A stretch of 64,000 nucleotides of DNA from a bacterium (lineage in GTDB: Bacteria; AUK180): positions 10,941 to 74,940 of the forward strand of contig JAGLGN010000020.1 in the NCBI GenBank assembly GCA_023144005.1, given 5' to 3'. Positions 58,601-64,000 of the stretch are shown here, piece by piece (positions within the stretch are counted from its first letter, which is position 1; each line of letters begins with the position of its first letter). Both the position numbers and the translations under genes were made by a program. The notes beneath the pieces are model-generated. The model saw nothing but the letters and a program-made list of their open reading frames with translations, searched no databases and had not been told where the DNA came from.

Positions 58601-61600
58601 TTTCTAAATTCTCCTTTGAGGAGCGAGCACATACACTGCTCTCGGGAATACAATTCGACAATATCGAATTCCTGAACGCTACCAGGGATATTGCCACGGA
58701 AAATCAATATCCCGGGAAACAACGCATAGAGAACTTCCTCTCAACTTCTCCTCACCCGAAACAGATCTTAGAGCTCTTCGACCTTCTCAAGGATTATGAC
58801 CGGGATCTTCTGAAACAATTTGACGGGTCATTAAAAGAAATGCTCCCTGAGCCGATGTATCTTCAGTTACAAGGCAGGGTTATCTTCATTGAAGGCGATA
58901 TGACAGGGGCTCTTGATAAATTAAAGGATTCGGAAGATTATGAAGACCTGAAACTTATCGTTTCCCTCTCCTCGGGAATGGAGGCGAAGGATATCATCGA
59001 AAAAATGGTGGCCATAGTCAATAAGAAAAAAGAATATTACGAACAATACATTACTTTTCTCCCCTTCTCTTTCAAAGAGGTATTTCTTCACGCTGCCAGA
59101 GATGACCTATTCTCTCTTAAGACGCAGCTTTTTGAGCTTTTCGCAAATCTGCATGATCTTGAAGGGAAGCTCACCGTCGGGAAAGAATTGGTAAAATTCG
59201 ATCCCACTCAGATCTATATTTACAAAGAGATATTCTATATTCTCCGGGACTTCAAGCAGGATTATGTGGGATCATTGAAAATACTGAATAAAATGCTCAG
59301 CCTGAATCCCAAGGACGCTGATCTGATCCTGGAAAAAGGCAAGCTGCTCATTCAAGAAGGGCGTGAGGAATATGCCTTGAACTTCCTCCTTGAGAACAAG
59401 GGACTTTCAAGTAAGATACTCTCCTATATCGGCGAGATCAATGAAAAGAGAAAACGGCCGTCCGATGCCATCGAGATTTACGAACAGCTCTTTGATGCAA
59501 CGGAAGATCTCATGTACTACGAGAAGGTGATCCAGCTCAAATATTCACTGGAATTATATTCTGAAATACTTGAAATGAACGAAAAGGACAGGAGAAAATC
59601 CGATCTTATCAATTATTATCTCGGAATGAGCCTTTTCCACCTTAAAGAATACAAGAAGGCAAATGAATTCCTGTCCAGCATTAAATCACCTAAATTCCCC
59701 CACAAGGATGATGTAGTGGTAACGATGGGCCTCATTTTCTTTAATCTTGGCGATTTCCAGAGATCTCAGAGTTTCCTGGAAAAAGCCATTAAGAATAAGA
59801 AAAGAGAAGACATCGCATGGGCGAAATTCGCTGAGATCCTCTATTCCAAAAAGAATATCCAGAAAGCCGAAAAAACGCTGGAAACCGCTATCGCCAAAGG
59901 ATATACGGACCCATCTATACACCTTCTCGGCGCCGAGATCTACTTCACGATGAACAATAAGCAGAAACTGGTGAAGCAATTACGCATACTCTCCGGCGCT
60001 ACTCTTCCGGATACGGTACAGAATCACTTAAGATATGGAATAATCCTTCATAAGACAGGCAAGGAGGAAAAGGCGGAATCTGAATTCCTGAGGATAATCG
60101 AAAACCTTCAGCCTGATAATCCCACCGCTTTGAAATACCTCATAGATATATATTTGAAACAGGAGGCTTATACACGTTGTCTTCCCCTGGTAACACGGGC
60201 GTTCAAAAAGGAACCGAGAGGGAATGCTTTCACTTACGCCTCCGTTCTTTATGCCATGGGTAGATTCGATGAAGCGCGTGAGATCGCACGGAATATCAAC
60301 TCCGACACAATGGAGGTCGAGCGATTCAAAGGGAAATTGTATTACGAGTTGAAATCCTATGATGAGGCATTGGCGAGATTCAACGCCATACTTGAAAAAG
60401 AACCCAAGGATTTTGAGGCCTATCTCTATATCGGAAAGATCTACTACTCACTTTTTGATATACCCAAGGCGATCGAATTCCTGAAGATCGCGGAGAACCT
60501 GGACGAGAACGACTTTGAGGTCCTGAAATTCCTCGGCCTGGCGTATAATAAGATGAGCGATACCATAAACACGATCATCTTTCTAAAAAAAGCCCTGTCC
60601 CTTAATGCCAAAGATCATGAAACGATCAGGGAGCTGGCTCAATTGTACTACTCAAAGAAACGCTATAAAGAAGCCATAAAGGAATTCAGCCGTGTAATCG
60701 CAGTTAAGTTCAACCTTCCGTCCGTACACTTTCAAATGGCAAAAGCGTACCGTCATTTGGGAGATTATGATAATGCGGAGATCCATGTGAACAATGCCCT
60801 TGAATTTACACCGGCTGAAGAGGTGTTCCTTGAGGAGAAGATCAACATACTCCAGAATCTCGAGAGACATTCGGACATTGTAACAACGCTTCAGGATTTC
60901 TCCAAGAATGCCAGTTTAGACGCGAAACTTGTTCTTACAATGGTTGAGAGCTTGAGAAAACTCAATCGCTTCACTGCAGCTCTGAAGATTGCAGAGAATT
61001 ACAAGATCCCTGAAATGGCCGCTAACGATTTCAAGAAGGAAAAAGCAATTCTGCTTTATCAATTGAAAAAATATGATGAGGCGCTTCCCCTTCTGGAGGA
61101 ATTGCACAAGAATTCGGACAGTGATGAGGTATTCATTATCCTCTGTTTCACCTTAATAGAGATGAAGAACACACAGAGATTGAGAACACTCGTTAAGAAT
61201 TATAAGGGAGAATTGCTGAAAAGTGAATATATCCCGTATATCAGAGGTTTTATTGAGATCAATGATGGCAATAAGGAAATCGCCCTGAATTACTTCTATC
61301 AATCCATCACGATGAACAAGGCTTTCGTTCCCGCTTACAGGAGGCTCAGCGACATCTATATACAGAATTCCAATTATGTAATGGCAATCGACATTCTTCA
61401 CAAGGCATTGGCCTATGAAGATACCAAGAAGAACGATCTTTATTATTTCCTTGGATATTCCTATTTGCAGCTGAACGACCTCTTCAATGCTCTCAAATAC
61501 ATCAAAGAAGCTCTGAAGTGGGATTATCTCAACTCAGCCGAACTTACCGCGGAGATCTACAAAGCACTTGGATTATTCGGATACGGGCTCATCAGCATGA

Positions 61601-62082
61601 AGAAGCTGTGGATGGAGGAAAGGGTGAATTCCGCATTCGCCTGGAAATCCATTATTTACTGCTTATTCAAATTGAACCGTGACAGGGATGCGGTCATTGA
61701 ATCATTCTACAATCTGGTCGATATCGATTCTGATATACTCATCATTGAATTCGCAAAAACACTTTTACACAAGGATAAAAAACCCTATGCGGCATATGAA
61801 GTGATCAAGGACCGCATAGATAAGGACAAGCCTAATATTGAACTCCTCTACTTGTACTTAAGTGCCGTGGGAGAAGTGAATCTTGATGTCGATATTTCAT
61901 CAATGATAAATTGGATCAAGGAGATAACAGATAAGGAGCAGAATCCCAAACTACTGGAAGCGATGGGGATCTACTACTATAAAAAGGGTAATTACATTTC
62001 AAGCTCGTCCTATTTGCAGAAGGCGATAACAGTAAATCCTGACTCCGATACTGCCATCTATTACCTCTCCCTTCTTAAATGA
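52666..62082 (+). CDS. giant tetratricopeptide-repeat protein (3138 aa)
   Basis: uninterrupted ORF; many A/LG..Y...G....A...F..AL.L.P units; no signal peptide or catalytic motif seen. Confidence 0.9.
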   Translation: MGQKEELQIYLNRVQSKVAGESDYLNAIQIFADLKNFPRVITLSQQGLENFPDEGIFHYWYAFASFYLKKFEAAFTSVNLAVNNNTEHLDSILLGYRISIESSDPDNALIFLKLGADRFPDESEMHQTIFDFFDNNGEFVSNHVNLITSVYANGEKRLGKFLLDTFYSGKITTEQALDVYIENFSQKSDDKDFSRFVCSIIIKDERTDKPALSVLQGVYDSGNKSKAVVGYLSDVSAAKGAWGDENQILYEHAVELNCATYSVFKLLANKYILLQLKDENSLDVIFQYFLFEPDNKDTITYLIPFVLKKKTYTEDEKNFLKIAFRLFPDNFDIFAKLVENMLFDVNEVIDNLTFLQRYIEEFPQSEAAIKLLGSAYLKLGRKDSEALFIYEKFVRFNSDSLELISILTEYYLSENRRSRLAIIIYEKAFQMGLTSKGLFGILALYYLDNQSITDSNIPIFISVFNNLRKDPQPYSNFLNTLSGAILKKKITITENEFFFESLKDIIKILQPQEDIFYSAFVKLGISLHKIDNDSFEIYKRLIAKFKASKKFLMLLFDAYSSRNVVDEEGRSVMEAIYEKLSESDKQKATLLLSQYYMDNKIKDDFAGGIISKANSLIKDGVKLEGNLEKLVQYAVKNEKKDSETLELYFRYLQINQENPAVFRSACELIVDKAIFEKKFLSIMKKGMELFDDWRELFNHYAVALAKNKIRESDSYPIWERFILSGNKDDSIVIELLSHYINKGTLDRKAERVFSFAMGIGYKNAEILLQYSRILAKDGNYNKLINVISDLIKFDIKEVEDIKFIADTLLFYAKFDVLEKFLGKYSDKSEFILRYKLRNLFYSNKLADNEECLARFVSKYKIKDNNADIYEFYGDFYFYEKRDLKKAIHGYSEYLKMSPNDALILYKATICVLEIGDTYSALKYVKKLLLFREHDIEAQKIAANIHFKLGQYPEASGFYKRIISVGYKDTEILKNYALALFFSQQYYSAIDLFREILTDDPNNQELLLNLAYAYTYIDFKEEAEDTLRKIIDNNPQNKEALFALFAIYLEDVRADEHAEGLFNLVLKMDPENLDALKMLSMIYGKLGRNDERAISIYVKILDYGEPPPEIIKILANKLNEEGSGLHGQFRIKIFSRAVEFFPSNEKYWVSLIDLISEELELEPFTKILEAAYEKKIRISVCAEKLAKLAYDKGEIDKALIYAKTVLAHNPYKSEIYNLVGEILIEKGSLEEAKDVLNNALIYDSGNFYAYLNSAKVMHLMKNFPLALKYLERSLNINKYYLPGILLYAEISVERNINLDNAKNALKFVKDIYQSNWEISYWLAVINNLKGDSELALMQIDEALGFELNLESVLLKAEILKQDGKYQEALDFLNQQKDELNAPELFNALGQLYFDLDDIESSKEAYSLAVSIDPNFIQTQIALAKLHYSVDKDLETAKVEFMNILEFNAENEEAQRFLGKIHYRKKEYKEALKVYMRVFEYLDYEDLKYLTSIYFMRGLFDEVLELAANLIQQRSDDLDVVTILFETYCALQLYDKAIDAFQTLRINDSERAQEYFEKYFGILISSGNYKKLREELQELIKDQRYGAKYAEYFFFLEYILFNTKFEDIKFLLKFLLDKKQDKIDFKKNRDLMLFHILLQENAFSSIDTFIHIFNKEDDTIRFLTAMYYVKSGKEKGALNLLKSFHEYWSRPYFTPFLGYSKKIFVHLKERYRFNRIWEMLANQDIRDEKDYWYKIFLKYAEEKLGEKFLEKNKIDKGLHTLHSRLERYELAKGKKDSDLNSDLFLKMYQLYFFLEGDFKECQKIAKKNDQLPGLLFSKDLFTELAKKKTDNKKIMTLVSKELLIDEVPYFIDFLYEYKIPELAKMTILDADKKKLTEHHSEILYNLYEKGLLEPNKEIEAILSNSRSCNARFLLRNGRYEEAYKTVMEMNYLEFTSPGNCNSVMEAMRVNEDYDQLLTYRFRYIDPSFANDNTNLYSAIALSKFSFEERAHTLLSGIQFDNIEFLNATRDIATENQYPGKQRIENFLSTSPHPKQILELFDLLKDYDRDLLKQFDGSLKEMLPEPMYLQLQGRVIFIEGDMTGALDKLKDSEDYEDLKLIVSLSSGMEAKDIIEKMVAIVNKKKEYYEQYITFLPFSFKEVFLHAARDDLFSLKTQLFELFANLHDLEGKLTVGKELVKFDPTQIYIYKEIFYILRDFKQDYVGSLKILNKMLSLNPKDADLILEKGKLLIQEGREEYALNFLLENKGLSSKILSYIGEINEKRKRPSDAIEIYEQLFDATEDLMYYEKVIQLKYSLELYSEILEMNEKDRRKSDLINYYLGMSLFHLKEYKKANEFLSSIKSPKFPHKDDVVVTMGLIFFNLGDFQRSQSFLEKAIKNKKREDIAWAKFAEILYSKKNIQKAEKTLETAIAKGYTDPSIHLLGAEIYFTMNNKQKLVKQLRILSGATLPDTVQNHLRYGIILHKTGKEEKAESEFLRIIENLQPDNPTALKYLIDIYLKQEAYTRCLPLVTRAFKKEPRGNAFTYASVLYAMGRFDEAREIARNINSDTMEVERFKGKLYYELKSYDEALARFNAILEKEPKDFEAYLYIGKIYYSLFDIPKAIEFLKIAENLDENDFEVLKFLGLAYNKMSDTINTIIFLKKALSLNAKDHETIRELAQLYYSKKRYKEAIKEFSRVIAVKFNLPSVHFQMAKAYRHLGDYDNAEIHVNNALEFTPAEEVFLEEKINILQNLERHSDIVTTLQDFSKNASLDAKLVLTMVESLRKLNRFTAALKIAENYKIPEMAANDFKKEKAILLYQLKKYDEALPLLEELHKNSDSDEVFIILCFTLIEMKNTQRLRTLVKNYKGELLKSEYIPYIRGFIEINDGNKEIALNYFYQSITMNKAFVPAYRRLSDIYIQNSNYVMAIDILHKALAYEDTKKNDLYYFLGYSYLQLNDLFNALKYIKEALKWDYLNSAELTAEIYKALGLFGYGLISMKKLWMEERVNSAFAWKSIIYCLFKLNRDRDAVIESFYNLVDIDSDILIIEFAKTLLHKDKKPYAAYEVIKDRIDKDKPNIELLYLYLSAVGEVNLDVDISSMINWIKEITDKEQNPKLLEAMGIYYYKKGNYISSSSYLQKAITVNPDSDTAIYYLSLLK

Positions 62083-62507
62083 TGAGATCATACAGGATTT
62101 TTGCTCTCATCATCATGCTGATGATCTTTACATTGAACGGCCTGCCGGGAGATACCGTCGGAAGCAAGGGCGTGATACGAATGATGTACGCCGTCATGGC
62201 ATTTGAGAGAGCTCTTTCCCCATTGGGGTTCGCTTCTTTCCTGATCCCGATGGACGAATCCGCCGAAATACCGGAGAATGCGGATAAGCTGGTTCACTTC
62301 ACCTTATACTTTATTCTGTCGATCTTCTTCTTTCGGGGATTCTTCCGGGGAGACAAACAGGCGGCGGCCCTTTGGCTCTTTGCTATTGCGGATGAACTGC
62401 AGCAAATTCCGGTAATGGGGCGCAGTTTTTCCTTATTGGACCTGATGTTTGACACATTGGGCATAATTTTTGTATACTATTTACTGGATGAAAAGCATAA
62501 AAATTAG
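62079..62507 (+). CDS. VanZ-like membrane protein
   Basis: DKLVHF..Y, DELQQ...GRSFSLLD...D..G motifs; ATGA overlap. Confidence 0.8.
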   Translation: MMRSYRIFALIIMLMIFTLNGLPGDTVGSKGVIRMMYAVMAFERALSPLGFASFLIPMDESAEIPENADKLVHFTLYFILSIFFFRGFFRGDKQAAALWLFAIADELQQIPVMGRSFSLLDLMFDTLGIIFVYYLLDEKHKN

Positions 62508-63894
62508 AATTCTCCTTATATTTCTCCTGCCGTCGATCTTCATGATACTGACTCAATGGTATTTTATAAATATTTTCATAAAGGATGCATTAGAAAAACA
62601 ATTAATAAAATTCATCACGCATGTAGGGGAATCAGCAATAAGGGACATCTCCCCCGGAGAGATGCAGGTCTTCCCGAATTACCCTGAGACCGAGACCTAT
62701 AAGAACCTGAGAGAGCGCTTATCGGGATACAGGGATAACTTCGCTATTGATAATATTCTTCTTCTGAACAGCGATAAAAGAGTCATACTTGACCTTTCCG
62801 ACATGTTCAGAAACGGCGAAGAATTCCTGATGATGGATATAAACGACAAGCAATTCCTGGCCTTGAAGAACGGACAGATCAAAAAGTCGTCTCTCTATAA
62901 GAATATGCAGAACATATACAGCGAAAATGTATATATTCCAATTATCGGGAAAAACGGAGACTTCCGGGGAGTGCTTGTGCTCTATGCATCGGTAAAATAT
63001 TTTACGAGCATCATGAATTTTCAAAGGAAGCTCATTTCTTTCTTTTTAGCAATGGTCATAATTCTGATCTTTGTTGTTTATTGGCTCGCCTCTACGATCT
63101 CCAATCCCGTTATTCGACTCTCAAAGGTCGTTGACCGTATAGGAATGGGAGAAATGGACATACATGTCCCCTACAAGACGCGCGCTGATGAGGTCGGCCA
63201 TCTGGCAGAAAATATTCAGTCCATGATGACAAAGATCGAGAACAGGGATATGTACATGCGTCAAATGTCCGCCGGCATAGCTCATGAGATAAGGAATCCC
63301 CTCACCTCGATCAAGGGCAATCTCATGCTCATTAAGCGGCGGGTGGACAATGATGATGATACCATGGAGATGCTTGAGGATAATCTGCGCGAGGTAAATG
63401 CATTGGAGAACCTTGTAAATGATTTCATGAATTACGCAAAATCGATCAAAATAGAGCTCAAGACCGGAGAGCTCTCAGATATTATATCAAGAGCTGTCGG
63501 GGAAACAATGCCGTTCATGCAGCAGAAGGAGATCGTCCTTTCACAGGATATCTCTACTTGTGTTCTGGCAGCGGACCAAGACCACCTGAAGCGGGCTTTT
63601 GTCAATATCATTAAAAACAGCATTGACGCGGTCCCCATCGGAGGGGAGATCCGCATCAGTTCAACTCTGAAAGACGGGCTGGTCAGAGTATCTTTCAAGG
63701 ATTCCGGTGAAGGCATCCCCAAGGATGACCTGATGCAGATATTCGAACCATTCGTAACCTCGAGGTCCACGGGAACAGGGTTGGGACTCACCATAGTTAA
63801 AGAAATAATAGAGAAACATAAGGGAAATATCAAGATAGCTTCGGCTGAAGGCAAAGGCACGGAAGTTACCGTCTCATTACCCTTTAGGAGATAA
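62488..63894 (+). CDS. membrane-bound HAMP sensor histidine kinase
   Basis: two TM helices, DEVG HAMP, AHEIRNPL, DSGEGI, FEPF, GTGLGL; ATG 62488 preferred over the track's 62470. Confidence 0.92.
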   Translation: MKSIKIRILLIFLLPSIFMILTQWYFINIFIKDALEKQLIKFITHVGESAIRDISPGEMQVFPNYPETETYKNLRERLSGYRDNFAIDNILLLNSDKRVILDLSDMFRNGEEFLMMDINDKQFLALKNGQIKKSSLYKNMQNIYSENVYIPIIGKNGDFRGVLVLYASVKYFTSIMNFQRKLISFFLAMVIILIFVVYWLASTISNPVIRLSKVVDRIGMGEMDIHVPYKTRADEVGHLAENIQSMMTKIENRDMYMRQMSAGIAHEIRNPLTSIKGNLMLIKRRVDNDDDTMEMLEDNLREVNALENLVNDFMNYAKSIKIELKTGELSDIISRAVGETMPFMQQKEIVLSQDISTCVLAADQDHLKRAFVNIIKNSIDAVPIGGEIRISSTLKDGLVRVSFKDSGEGIPKDDLMQIFEPFVTSRSTGTGLGLTIVKEIIEKHKGNIKIASAEGKGTEVTVSLPFRR

Positions 63895-63897
63895 TAT

Positions 63898-64000
63898 ATG
63901 GAAAAGATCCTTCTCGTTGACGACAATCAACCGATCCGCAGGATGATAAAGAGGCTTTTTGCAGACAAGAAGTATCTCTTTCATGAAGCGGAGACCTTGA
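63898..64000 (+). CDS. response regulator receiver domain, truncated by the window end
   Basis: MEKILLVDDNQPIRRMI..., 3 nt after the kinase stop; GGAG SD. Confidence 0.85.
   Translation, partial: MEKILLVDDNQPIRRMIKRLFADKKYLFHEAETL

Noticed and set aside
53005..61401. Many short antisense ORFs inside the TPR gene and other long genes
   Set aside because: They are shadow frames of long coding regions with no independent evidence

Overview
A 64 kb gene-dense chromosomal window from an anaerobic, probably diderm bacterium, read with the standard genetic code. Nearly all genes are on the minus strand up to 52.3 kb and on the plus strand after that. Main content: (1) a complete rnfCDGEAB operon with a coupled CpsB-type PHP phosphatase; (2) a soluble-adenylyl-cyclase-like cyclase/NTPase/TPR protein; (3) a GNAT gene interrupted by a ~274 bp inverted-repeat element (MITE); (4) three giant secreted proteins of 1782, ~2721 and 1217 aa, all ending in T9SS type-A/FlgD-like C-terminal domains, two of them followed directly by a PorV-like barrel gene and one fusing an endonuclease I domain to a clostripain protease; (5) an extended PIMT-like methyltransferase with a structured leader; (6) a hybrid histidine kinase, a Ni/Co transporter pair, AlkD and a cupin; (7) a tightly overlapping 7-gene operon: divergent P-II, GAF-GAF, vWA-like membrane protein, HprK-like kinase, nucleotidyltransferase, MtnA, PP-loop enzyme; (8) a 3138 aa TPR protein followed by VanZ and a two-component system. 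Intergenic regions carry a family of modular heptamer/REP-like repeats, and there is one candidate small RNA resembling the 16S rRNA anti-Shine-Dalgarno tail. I saw no rRNA, tRNA, CRISPR array, transposase or reverse transcriptase. All family assignments come from motif recognition by eye, not from database searches.
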